A program made the translations under genes and the position numbers. From the NCBI GenBank assembly GCA_030390025.1, contig CM059432.1, positions 25,980,001-26,044,000 on the forward strand: 64,000 bases of DNA, read 5' to 3'. Under the pieces are notes generated by a model. The model was not told where the DNA came from. It made no database searches and worked only from the letters and a program-made list of their open reading frames with translations. Shown here piece after piece: positions 52,350-64,000 of this stretch; within the stretch, counting starts at the first letter, position 1, and the number at the start of each line of letters is the position of its first letter. Origin of the DNA: Squalus acanthias. Lineage: Eukaryota.

Positions 52350-52937
52350 TTAGTCACTGCTGGAAATAGAAACAGCACCAGAGGAAGTTGCCATTTGGCT
52401 CACTGTGCCTGTACTAGCTCCATATCAGAGCTACACAATTTAATTCCATTTTCCTTCCCCCTTCAATTTTATTCAAGTGTTTATTTAATTCCTTCTTGAA
52501 TCTCATGATTGACTGAACTTCAACAGTCACTTGCATTAATGCATTTCAAATCCTAATAACTTTTAGTATTAAAAAATTCTTCTAACCTGGTCCTTTATGC
52601 TCCTAGCAGTAACCCTAAATTTATTTCCTGATTCATTGGCTAATAGAAATAACTTTTCACCATTTACCCTTGAAAACCTTTGAACACATTTATTAGAACC
52701 TTCCCGAACCTTCTCTGCTCCAGTGAATACAGACTTTGCTTTTCAAATCTCTCATAACTATGTCCTTTCACTCTTGATATCATCCTAGTGAACCTATGTG
52801 GATCTTTTATAGTGTTCTAATATTCTTTCTTTAATAGGGTGCCCAAAACTACATAGTACTCTTAACTAACTAATGTCTTGCACAAATTCATTGTCATCCC
52901 TTCTTTTGTATTCAATGTCCCTATGTATCTAAACCCA

Positions 52938-53160
52938 TGATGCGGAGATGCCGGCGTTGGACTGGGGTGGACAAAAATGAGAAGTCGCACAACACCAGGT
53001 TATAGTCCAACAGATTTATTTAAAATTACAAGCTTTCGGAGCTGTCGCCCCTTCGTCAGGCAAAGTTACTTTGCCTGACGAAGGGGCGACAGCTCCGAAA
53101 GCTTGTAATTTTAAATAAATCTGTTGGACTATAACCTGGTGTTGTGCGACTTCTCATTTT
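52938..53160. mobile_element. Penelope-like element remnant as a perfect inverted duplication
   Basis: Arms 52973-53066 and 53068-53161 are exact reverse complements; 12-bp direct repeat TATCTAAACCCA at 52926-52937 and 53161-53172. Confidence 0.8.
53071..53108 (+). ncRNA. minimal type-I hammerhead ribozyme-like motif (mirror copy at 53026-53063 on the minus strand)
   Basis: ttgc-CUGACGA-a-GGGGC(gaca)GCUCC-GAAA-GCUU-gtaa: conserved core, 5-bp stem II, palindromic AAGCUU in place of stem III, short stem I. Confidence 0.6.
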
Positions 53161-53859
53161 TATCTAAACCCAGAATGACATTTGCCTTTTCAATTGCATT
53201 TTCCATCTGCAATCCTGCTTTTAAACATCTGTGTATCTGTACTCCTTCATTCCATTGAGAATTTTACTACCATTTAAGGTATATTTCCGTTCTCTTTTTC
53301 CCATAATGCATCTACTTTACATGTACCCACTCCCTTAACCTATGTTCCACTGCACTCGCCCCAATTCTTTAGTTTGCCATGCCCCCATACTTGGTATCGT
53401 TTGCAAATTTCAATATTATTCTCTCTATGCCCACATCTGAAACATTTATGCAGATGGAGAACAAGATAGGTTGCAATACAGAATCCTGGAGCATGCCATT
53501 AACTACATCTTGCTTATCAGAGAAGCATCTAGACACTTTTATTCTGCATTCTATCCTTCAGTCAACTTGCTGTTCGTGTCATCAATTTACATTTAATACC
53601 ACGGGCTTTAATTTGAAATTAGTCTCTTATATGGTATTTTATTAAATGCTTTTGAAAGCTTATTTACCATGTTTACTGCATTCTCTTTTTCTACATGCTA
53701 ATAATTTTTTTAAATAAGTAGAGCCTTCACATTTACTGCACAGAATGTGGTCCATTGTGTCTGCTGATTCTTTACTAGGACAATCCAAAACTAGCTACTC
53801 TGTATTGACCTCTGCTTTGAATGTTATTTGATTAAACTAGCTAAGCATTACCTGCTTAG

Positions 53860-55085
53860 GGGGAACCACTGGATGTGGTGTATTTGGATTTTCAGAAGGC
53901 ATTCTATAAGGTGCCACACAAGAGGTTATTAAACAAAATTAGGGCTCATGGGATTGGGGGTAATATACTAGCGTGGATTGAGGATTGGTTAACGGACAGA
54001 AAAGAGAGTAGGAATAAACAGGTCATTTTCGGGTTGGCAGGCTGTAACTAGTGGGGTACTGCAAGGATTAGTGCTTGGGCCTCAGCTATTCACAATCTAT
54101 ATCAATGATTTGGATGAGGGGACCAAATGTAATTTATCCAAGTTTGCTGATGATACAAAGCTGGCTGGGAATGTAACTTGTGAGGAGGATGCAAAGAAGC
54201 TTCAAGGGGATATAGACAAGCTAAGTAAGTGGCAAGAACATGGCAAATGGAATATAATGTGGAGAAATGTAAAGTTATCCACTTTGGTAGGAAAAATAGA
54301 AAAGCAGAGTATTTTTTAAATAGTGAGAGATTGGGAAATGTTAGTGTTCAGAGGGACTTAGGTGTCCTTGTACACGAATCACTGAAAGTTAACATGCAGG
54401 TACAGCAAGCAATTAGGAAAGCAAATGGTATGTTGGCCTTTATTACAAGAGGATTTGAGTATAAGAGTAAAGACATCTTACTGCAATTATATAGGGCCCT
54501 GGTGAGACCACACATGGAGTATTGTGTACAGTTTTGGTCTCCTTACCGAAGAAAGGATATACTTGCCATAGAGGGAGTACAACAAAGGTTCACCAGACTG
54601 ATTCCTGGGATGGGGGAATTGTCCTATGAGTAGAGATTGAGTAGACTAGGCCTATATTCTCTAGAGTTTAGACAAATGAGAGGTGATCTCATTGAAACAT
54701 CCAAAATTCTTACAGGGCTTGACAGGGTAGATGCAGGGAGGATGTTTCCCCTGGCTGGGGAGTCTAGAACCAATGGTCACAGTCTCAGAATAAGGGGTCA
54801 GCCATTTAGGACTGAAATGAGGAGAAATTTCTTCACTCAGAGGGTGGTGAATCTTTGGAATTCTCTAACCCAGAGGGCTATGGAGGTTCAGTCGTTGAGT
54901 ATATTCAAGACAGAGATCAATAGATTTTTGGATATTAAGGGATTCAAGGGATATGGGGATAGTGCAGGAAAGTTGAGTTGAGGTAGAAGATCAGCCATGA
55001 TCTTATTGAATGGCGGAGCAGGCTCGATGGGCCGAATGGCCTACTCCTGCTCCTATTTCTTACGTTCTTATGTTATGTTCTTATG
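53860..55085 (+). mobile_element. CR1 LINE, 5'-truncated, inserted in an older minus-strand CR1 relic (~52350-53850)
   Basis: ORFs 54071-54981 (KFADDTK..LVRPHMEYC..FFTQRVVNLWN); tail (ttcttatg)n. Confidence 0.92.
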
Positions 55086-58000
55086 CTCTTTACAAGTCTT
55101 TGCTAACTGTAACCAAATAGACCACACAATTAATATCTTCATTTAATGAGACTGAAGGATCTTAGAACCATCAGATTAGTGGAAGACAGGACAGAAGGCT
55201 GTGTGAACCAATCAAATCAGTTGGAGCACAGGAATAAAAGCCTTTGGAATCATGAAACCTGTTGAAGGGTGGGACTAGAGGCTGTCGAAAACAATCAGGC
55301 TGTATTTTCTCTCACTGTTAGCTGCACTTGAATTAAATATTAACATGAGCTGTTGGTTTCTGAAAGTTACAGATGTTTATTTGGTGTTTGTCTCCAAAAA
55401 AGTGATATTTACCAAAACATTTGCTAAAATTCAAAGGAACTTTCAAGGGAATGCCTAATTGTTGGCATATGTGGAGGTTTATTTTCTTCAGAGAATGATT
55501 GCAGTGGCTTTTTGAGACCAGGAAGATGTTCTCTGCTGTGAATGTATTAACTGGCTTTACTTACGCATTCTTGTCACTTGCATAATTGCCAGAATTTGGA
55601 AATAAATTGGGGAGTAAGGTTGGAATGGTGACAAGTTTTACTCAATTAAAAAAATTACATTCAAATTTACACTAAGTTCCAAAATGCACCAAACCAGGAA
55701 TCAAAAATCAAAGTCTCCTGGGGAGGCATGCTTCAGACCTTTTCCCTAGAAAGTAAATCTCATACCTTCAGCATTCAGATCTCTTTGAATAATTTCTAAA
55801 TCCACCACTACTGCTAATTCTGCTTTGTGTACTGCAATAAAAGTGATTAAAGTCATAATCGTGTAATCTACAGCTTAAATTAAAAGTTTTGTCCCACTGT
55901 ACTTTAAGTTTAACTCTTTGTCTTCATGTGCCACTATATTCAGAGCTTTTTTGAGCCATTAGCCGATGGCCAGCTTTTGCTAGCTTTCCAGATTGGCAAG
56001 TATGCATGATTGAGTTGGCACGTCATCTGACAAAGATGGCATCACAAACGAGTTTGATTCTGTCCTCAACCAATGTCCACACAAATGAATTTCCAGGAGT
56101 CATGGATGGTTATTAGGAGTGAATCACTGGTCAATTTTCACCTCTCTAACCGGGGGCACTGAGATAAATGTAGCACACCTACTGCTATCCTGGCTGAGAT
56201 CACCTAACTCAGCAAAGGAATCAAACCTCGGACCTACCTACTCTGAATGGCTTAGAAGATACAAGTAGTGAAGGTGGAGAAAAAGCCAGTTGGCTCATCG
56301 TTACTCTCCTAGTTCAACTTTGCTAATGTCTTTGTCTCTATTAGCTTAATTGGGTCGATTATCAGTTATAATTTTACCTTTCACCAATTTAAACATTAAT
56401 TTGCTGGTCCTATTATTCTAACTACTATGAAATAGTATAAAGAGCTTAGCTTATTTAGCCTATTTGAACCCCCTCAGTCTCCACTCTAGAGTGCACAGCT
56501 TGAGTTTTTTAATCTTTCATCGTTGCACTGGGATCATTCTCACTGCCCTCTGCAATTTTTTCAACGCATACATGTCCCTTTTGTAGCGCGGTAACCAAAA
56601 CTAAACACAGTACTCCAGCTCTGGCACGTGCATTACAAAGCAGAGTACTACCATTTCTCAGTACTGATGGACCTACTAGTACTCACAGAACATAGTACTC
56701 CAGGTATGGTCTGGCCAGTACATTACAGAGTCTTGGCATAACATCTGCAAACTTATACTCTGCTATTCCGTCTACTTAACACAACATTCTACGAGCTTTT
56801 TAATTGCCTTGCCACACTATCTGGACAACCACTCACTAGATAAACTTGCTGTGCAATCGGGGAGCCAAAATCCAATTTTTAAAGAAATTTTTATTGTTAC
56901 CAAATGTGGCTGTCAACTACAATTTTTCAACTTAAAAAAAAAATAAACTATTTGTGAAAGACATTTCTGGGTAGGAATGTATTAGACACACTTAATGTTT
57001 ACAACAGTAAATACTTATCGACCCTTATATACTAATAAAAACAGTTTTATACATCAATGTAATTTCCCAATAATGCCAATGGAAAGGCAGCCAAGTACAC
57101 CAGTAAATCAGGTTCTTTCTTAACCTCTATCATGACCTTTGGAATCAAGTAGCTGATCCAAGAAGAATCCATCTGCTGTAATGCTCAAGAAAGCGATTAC
57201 ATTAGATTAGAGCCTCTATTAATGAGAAAAAACATGTATAAAATAATTTTAGCTATAAAAGCTTGTCTTGCATGGTTTTGATGTTAACATATCTGTCTCA
57301 AATCTTTGTTACTGGTCCCATTCTTGTTCCCTTAGTTTAATTCTCACATAACCTGGCTGCAAACACATAGGGGTTGATATTAACGCTGAGGCGGAATCTG
57401 AGTGGGGTGTGGGGGGTTGAGTGCGGAAGGTGCGGGGGCCAATAGCAGACTGCAAATGCAGAAGATCGTGGGCGCATGGGAATGTCCAATTTCAACAGGG
57501 ATGCTTTGTTATCATTTTACTTTCGGGTTTCGCATCTCCAATGTGCGTGAACGGGCATAATGCGCACCCGTGTGATGCAATTTCACCGTGACTATTTAAA
57601 GGGAAATGCACAGATAGAATTTGGAGGAGTTGGGAGCATTGTAGGAGAGAAAAGTAACTTGAGATGGTGTCAGGAAGGGCAAAGGCTGCGCCCCTGTTTA
57701 ATGAAGCATCCCTTGATGTAGTGCTTGGTGCAGTGAGGGTTAGGAAGGATGTCCTATTCCCCAGTAATGGCAAGAGAAAACCTGCTGCTGTGATGAAGAA
57801 GGTGTGGCTAGAGGTGGCTGAAGAGGTGAGCAGCAGGAGTGTAGTGCTCTGTACCTGGATTGCGAGCAGGAAGCAGTTTAATGACCTAACCAGGTCAGGA
57901 AAGGTGAGCACAGTTGCAGATTCACCCCATCTCTCACTCTGTCTTGTCAAGCGTACTCCATCACATGACTCCTCACACCTACTTAAGTTTCAGCAGCACC

Positions 58001-58448
58001 CATTGTTCTGTTTCAATTCACTTCCTCACCTCCCCCTTTCTCCATCTATCACTGCCACTCACCCAATCCTTATGTAATGTGATACTACATGAGTCAGCTT
58101 ACCAATTCTCAACACATATCCTCTAATGGCACTGTCAACACGTCCCAAACTGCATGTCAGTGCCACTCAGGATGCATCTTCACCGAATGCACACATGCTT
58201 TAGAGACACTCATACGTCTGTCGTGCGTCCTTGCAGGAGAAAACAGCATAAAATACAAGGGAGAGGACCAGAGGTGGGCCACCACAGATCGTCCAATTGA
58301 CATTTGCAGAGCAGGAGGCCATGGAGAAAAATGGGATATCAGCATCCTGAAGCATCAGAGATGGCAAGACTCAAACTTCAGTGCTACACGGTGACATTAT
58401 TAAATATCTCCAACCCACATCTCATACAAGACTAAGTCATACAAGACT

Positions 58449-59251
58449 GACCATAATATGATAGAATTTTATATTGAGTTTGAAAGTGATTTAGTTAAGT
58501 CCGAAACTAGGGTCTTAAATCTAAACAAAGCAAGTTATGTAGGTATGAGGGGCGAGTTGGCTAAGGTAGATTGGGAAACTGCATTAAAAGGTATGACGGT
58601 AGACAAGCAATGGCTAGCATTTAAAGAATTAATACATAATTTACAACAAATATAAATTCCTTGAAGGCACAAAAATCCCACAGGAAAAGTGGTCCAACCG
58701 TGGCTAACAAGAGAAGTTAAAGATAGTGTTAGATCACAGGAAGAGGCTTCTAATGTTGCCAAAAAGAGTAGTAAGCCTGAAGATTGGGAGGATTTTAGAA
58801 TTCAGCAAAGGAGGACCAAGAAGGAAAGAGAAAAAAGAATATGAGAGTAAATTAGCAAGAGACATAAAAACGGATTGTAAATGTTTCTATAGGTATGTAA
58901 ATAGGGAGCGATTAGTGAAAGTAAACATAGGCCCATTAGAGGCAGAGAGACAGGAGAAATTATAATGGGCAATAAGGAAATGGCAGCGACATCAAACAAA
59001 TACTTTGGGCTGGATTTTGTCTTGGGGTCGGGTTGGGGTCGTGTCATCCGCATTTCGTGTTGCCCCCCCCGACTCCAGATTAATGTGGATGAATGATGCA
59101 ATTTTCACTTAATTGGGCAATTGAGTCCAGCATGTGGCAACCCATGAACCAATTAGTGGTTTCAGTCTGAAAGTCGCCTCTGATGATGTCATCATTGCAG
59201 GTCAGAGACTGACTGACTGGCCTTTGCTGTGAGTGGACCTGGATGCAGAAT

Positions 59252-59317
<66 letters not shown>

Positions 59318-61475
59318 ACAGCAAGGCCAGGCAGTCTCTGAAGACATTCAATGCAGCAGCATCAGAGGCGACCTAATACTACTACTACCTTCATCATATC
59401 TCCGTTGTAATAGTGGACCTGCAGCTGATAGTCAGCTATCCACTTGTGCTCCCGCCAGGTTTCACTGGAGTGTTTCACGTCAGGCGTACTTCACGTCGGA
59501 AAAGGGTTAAACTAGCTAAAACGTTTCAAAATGGCATTACAGAGCCAATTTAGGGCTTGTTAAGGGCTTTAATGGCCTCTCCCGCCTCTTGGAGGCGGGA
59601 CGGAGTCGGGAACCCCGCGACTGATTTCGTCAAAATTGCGTGGAGGCGGGATGGGGTCGGGACCCCCGAATCTTCAACTTTAACCCCCTACACGCCTCCA
59701 AACCCGACTCCACGGGTCATTGAAAATCCAGCCCTTTGTATCTGTCTTCACGGTAGAAGACACAAAAAACATTCCGGAAATAATGGGGAACCAAGGGTCT
59801 AGCGAGAATGAGGAACTTAAAGAAATCAGTATAAGTAAAGAAGATATAGTGCTGGAGAAATTAATGGGACTAAGTGGCGACAAATCCCCTGGACCTGATG
59901 ACCTGCATCCTAGGGTTTTAAAAGAGGTAGCTGCAGAGATAGTGGTTGCACTGGTATTAATGTTCCAGAATTCCCTAAATTCTAGAACAGTCCCCAAGGA
60001 TTGGAAGGTAGCAAACATAACCCCGCTATTTAAGAAAGGAGGAAGAGAAAAAATGGGGAACTATAGGCCAGTTAGCCTGACATCAGTAGTAGGCAAAATG
60101 CTAGAATCTATTATTAGGGACGTGGTAACAGGGCTTAGAAAACAGGTAACTTAGAAAATCGTAATATGATTAGGCAGCGTCAACATGATTTTATGAAAGG
60201 AAAATCGTGTTTGACAAATCTGTTAGAGTTTTTTTGAGATGTAACTAGTAGGATGGATAAGGGGGAACCAGTGGATGTAGTGTATTTGGATTTTCAAAAA
60301 GCATTCAATAAGGTGTCACACAAGAGGTTATTACACAAAATTAGGACTCCTGGGATTGGGGGTAATATATTAGCATGGATTGAGGATTGGGTAATGGGAC
60401 AGAAAACAGAGTAGGAATAAATCGGACTTTTTCAGGTTGGCAGGCTGTAACTAGCAGGATACTGCAAGGATCAGTGCTTGGGCCTCAGCTATTTACAAGC
60501 TATATTAATTACTTAGATGAAGGGACTGAGTGTAACGTATCCAAGTTTGCTGATGATACAAAGTTAGGTGGGAAAGTAATCTGTGAGGAGGATGCAAAGC
60601 GGCTGCAGAGAGATATAGACAGGTTGACTGAATGGGCAAGAACATGGCAAATGGAATACAATGTGGGAAAGTGTGAAGTTATTCACTTTGATAGGGAAAA
60701 CAAAAAAGCAGAATATTTTTTGAATGGTGAGAGACTGGGAAATCTTTGCACTCAGAGGGACCTGGGTGTCCTTGTACATGAATCACAGAAAGTTAACATG
60801 CAGGTACAGCAAGCAATTAGGAAAGCAAATGGTATGTTAGCTTTTGTTACAAAGGGATTAGAGTATAAGAGTTAGGAAGTCTTACTACAATTATACAGGG
60901 CATTGGTGAGGCCACACCTGGAGTCCTGTGTACAGTTCTGGTCTCCTTACCTAAGGAAAGACATATTTGCCTTAGAGGGAGTGCAGTGAAGGTTCACTAG
61001 ACTGGTTCCTGGGATGAGGGGATTGCCCTATCGGAAGAGATTGAGTAGACTAGGCCTATATTCCTTAGAGTTTAGAAGAATGAGAGGTGATCTCATTGAA
61101 ACATATAAAATTATTAAGGGGTCTGACAGGGTTAATGCTGGGAAAATGTTTCCGTTGGTTGGGGAATCTAGAACACGGCGTCACAGTCACAGAATAAGGG
61201 GTCGGCCATTTAGGACTGAGATCAGGAGAAATTTCTTCACTCAAAGGGTTGTGAATCTTTGGAATTCTCTACCCCAGAGAACTGTGGATGCTCAGTCGTT
61301 GAGTATATTCAAGACAGAGGTCGATAAAATTTTGGGAACTAAGGAAATTAAGGGATATGGGGATAGTGCGGGAAGGTGGAGTTGAGGTGGATCAGCCATG
61401 ATCTTGTTGAATGGTGGAGCAGGCTTGAAGGGCCAAATGGCCTACTCCAGCTCCTATTTCTTATGTTCTTATGTT
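58449..61475 (+). mobile_element. CR1 LINE, 5'-truncated, inserted in the Harbinger Myb gene intron
   Basis: ORF2 fragments 58458-58655, 59720-60154, 60387-60875 and 61014-61385; tail ttcttatgttcttatg. Confidence 0.92.
59007..59734. mobile_element. Harbinger-type MITE inside the CR1; carries (AGC)n(AG)n microsatellite at ~59252-59318
   Basis: 12-bp TIR gggctggatttt/aaaatccagccc; TSD TTT/TTT; removal restores CR1 aaatactttgtatctgtcttcac. Confidence 0.9.
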
Positions 61476-62758
61476 GACTTGATTTCAGCACCGAATGAAA
61501 TATGATCATCTTAATCATGTAAATTTCAACATTTTTACATTTCCATGACTAAATCATATCTGTCTCTTCTCTCCTCCATGGCCAACACGCGAAGAACGGG
61601 CGATGTTTCCTCAGAGGATCCGATTGCTTCAGAGGGTGCACCGTCACAGGACTCATGCTTACCAGGCACTAGCGCAGATACAAGCACTTCGGTGGGTCCT
61701 GTTGGAGAGTTAGGTGGGATATCAACTGGAGAATCACAGTTCACAAGTGAGGACGAGCAGAAAGTGGTGACAGGCACAGCTTAGGAGAGTCCGCGTCGGA
61801 GGCACAGTCCTCTCCAAGCTCTGCTCACCGGGACAGAGAGGCTAAACCCCGGGGGCCATCAATGAAAAGGAGAATGATAGAGGGTCAGCAGCAAATGTGC
61901 GAGGTACTGGCAGTCCTGCCAGGCAGACTATCCACAATATCAGAGAGGATGGAGGAGTCCAGCACAAGCATTTGTGGATTGATGTTGCAAGCCATTGTGA
62001 GGATGTCTTCCATGGATAGACTGACCTCTTTTGTGGAACTTGAATCACAGCACACTGATCAGTCTCTGCATGCCCTGATGACAGCCATGCAAACTATGGA
62101 TGACAACATTGCTGCCACTGTAAACAGGATGACAGATACATAAGCTGTGGACTTACAAGGTGTCATTGATCTGCTCGAAGCTGCTCTCCCACAGAGAGGT
62201 AGGAGTGATGTGCCATTGGCCCAGGAGCGGGATGATGGCGAAATGGGACATGGAAGTGGAACACCACTCAAAAGGTTTCTGCGTCATACCCGTAGCCTCC
62301 CAGCCCCCTCAACCAGTAACCAACACGCTGGCTCCTCTCCTGATGGCCGAGTCTGCCCCTGCACAGGTAAAGCAGTCTTTGGCAGGACCTTCACGGGTTC
62401 AAAAACTCAAAAGGTCGTCGGCCGCATACATCTCAGAAATCAAAGCGGCCTGCCTCTACCTCTGCTGGAGCCACAGGGGTTGCACCACATAGGAGCGCTA
62501 GGGAAAGAAAAAGAAAAGTTATGTAGTTCACCAAGGGTAGGGGTGTTTATGAAAATGTTGTGTTAGTAAAATTTACACCACTATTTCGTGTTCACCATTC
62601 TTGCATGGCGAGTGCCAACTGGTGCTGCTTGGTGATGAATGTGAAGACATGAATTGACTGAGACCAGTTGGTGCATGTGCAGTGGATGGGTGATTGGTTA
62701 CAGGACTGCTTTGTGTCAGTGGAGGGGATGTGATAGTTACTTGGTCCCGTGTAAGTGG

Positions 62759-63700
62759 CTAACTGAAGCTTTGGTCTATTAGGGCATCCCAAGCAGCAAA
62801 GTGATCAGCTGCACTGGCGTTGGGAGCCCCATCATCACCTTCCTCCTCCTCGCCACTGGAATCCTCATCAGATGTCGTGCTGAGCAGCTTGTTCCTCCTG
62901 CATATCAACATCCTGCAGAACGTAGAACACCTCGCTGGGGAGTACTGAAGGGCGTCTCCAGACCAGTCCAGGCACCTGAAGGACATCTTGAGCATGCCAA
63001 CGGCTTGCTCGGTGATACATTTGGTTGTCATATAGCTCACGTTGTAGCACTCTTGGTGTTTATTAGTAGGGCTCCTCAGAGGTTTGAAGGGGGTATCCTT
63101 GGTCACCTAGCAGCCACCCCTTAAGGCTGGTTCCAGGTATGAACATGTTGGGAATGTTGGACTGCCCCAGTATGAAAGCATCATGGAAGTTCCCAGGAAA
63201 TCTGGCGCAGACCTGCATGAACCTTTTCTTGTGGATGCACACCAGCTGAACATTGATGGAATGAGATCCTTTACGGTTGACGAATGCTCCTGGTTGATTG
63301 GCAGTGCTCGGATTGCCACGTGTGTGTAATTGATGGCACCCTGCACTTGTTGGAAGCCAGCTAGAGATGTGCATCGGAGTGCCTGCTCATTCTGGCTATT
63401 ATCATCACAGTGAAAGTTTACATACCTCCCAGCCCTGACAAACAATCCATCAGTCACCTGTTTAATGCATTTATGTGCAGCTGACGGAGAACCCTCGCTC
63501 TGTCTCTGGTAGCAACCTTGAAGGAACCAGTGGCAAAAAAAATTGAGGGTGGTGGTGACTTTCACAGCCACTGGTAATGCGTGGCCACCAGGTAGCAGGT
63601 CTTCTTCTAGGATGCTGTGACCACCTGACATGACAGCTTTCAGAAGCAATGCTCTTCCGAGAGGTCAAGGAAGCCGAGCCTCTGTCTATAGACACTGTTA
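62759..63700 (-). pseudogene. Harbinger (HARBI1-like) DDE transposase, frameshifted
   Basis: CIKQVTDGLF, VQGAINYTHVAI, FVNRKGSHSINVQLVC, ARFPGNFHDAFIL, WLLGDQGYPL and EQAVGMLKMSFRCLD, spread over three ORFs. Confidence 0.9.
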
Positions 63701-64000
63701 GGTGGGTAGTGGATTGGAAGAAATAATAGTCTGTTACGGGTTCCCTAGCTCAGCAGTTTGCCTAAGTTGATGACACAGAAGGATTCCAGTCATGTCAGAA
63801 AAAGAGTTGTACAGAGAGCTGAATTACAAGGTCATAACACAAAAAAAGGCCTTCAAATGGGCATAGCTAGGCCTGATAAGGGATGCAGCAAGAAGACGTA
63901 GGATAAACAAGCTGTCTACGAGAGGGCAACAAGACATTTAGAACAGAGATAAGGAGGAAAATGACCTCATGAGGCTGGGAGGGGGCTGTCATAGGTACCC

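Larger units (their letters stand above)
57664..62540 (+). pseudogene. Harbinger Myb/SANT-like DNA-binding protein gene (exons ~57664-57903, 58237-58390, ~61580-62540)
   Basis: APLFNEASLDVVLGAV..DVLF..WLEVAEEV..RKQFNDL (Myb_DNA-bind_5-type); donor AAG|GTGAGC at 57903/57904; acceptor ttgcAG|G at 58236/58237; downstream stops. Confidence 0.78.
57370..64000. mobile_element. degenerate two-gene PIF/Harbinger DNA transposon, right end outside the window
   Basis: Left TIR-like ggggttgatatt; Myb/SANT gene on + and DDE transposase on -, convergent, as in canonical Harbinger. Confidence 0.85.

Noticed and set aside
62759..63700. Domesticated HARBI1 host gene
   Set aside because: Multiple frameshifts, first catalytic motif degenerate (GAIN instead of GAID), and paired with a Myb gene and TIR, so a dead transposon.
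44432..64000. Penultimate KHDRBS exon (Tyr-rich YYDYGHG-type)
   Set aside because: Looked for on the minus strand and not found; it probably lies beyond the window end.

Overview
Repeat-rich vertebrate DNA, most likely from a shark or other elasmobranch, judging by the HE1-like V-SINE, SacSINE1-like Deu-SINEs, abundant CR1 LINEs and a Penelope-type repeat. The only host coding sequence I can support is absent from the ORF track: the 101-nt terminal coding exon of a KHDRBS (STAR-family) gene on the minus strand at 44431-44331. It encodes GQEEWTNSNSRMKAPPTRAPKGAYREHPYAPRY* and best matches KHDRBS3/SLM2. A ~1.35-kb AU-rich 3'UTR follows. Everything above 44431 is its last intron (>19.5 kb; the previous exon was not found in the window). 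The most interesting signal is a candidate AS-NMD autoregulation layout: a 5' splice site 68 nt after the stop codon, plus well-formed orphan acceptor/polyA exons about 4.4 kb and 9.5 kb downstream. Other highlights are a perfect 94-bp-arm Penelope-derived palindrome carrying a minimal hammerhead motif on each strand, a degenerate two-gene Harbinger transposon with a nested CR1 and MITE, many Harbinger MITEs with 3-bp TSDs, three SINE/LINE tail pairs, a 9-bp hairpin micro-inversion and an in-frame 69-bp triplication in CR1 copies. Nearly all ORFs in the track are LINE or transposon fragments or their antisense shadows. Repeat boundaries were placed by eye and are approximate unless a TSD is quoted.
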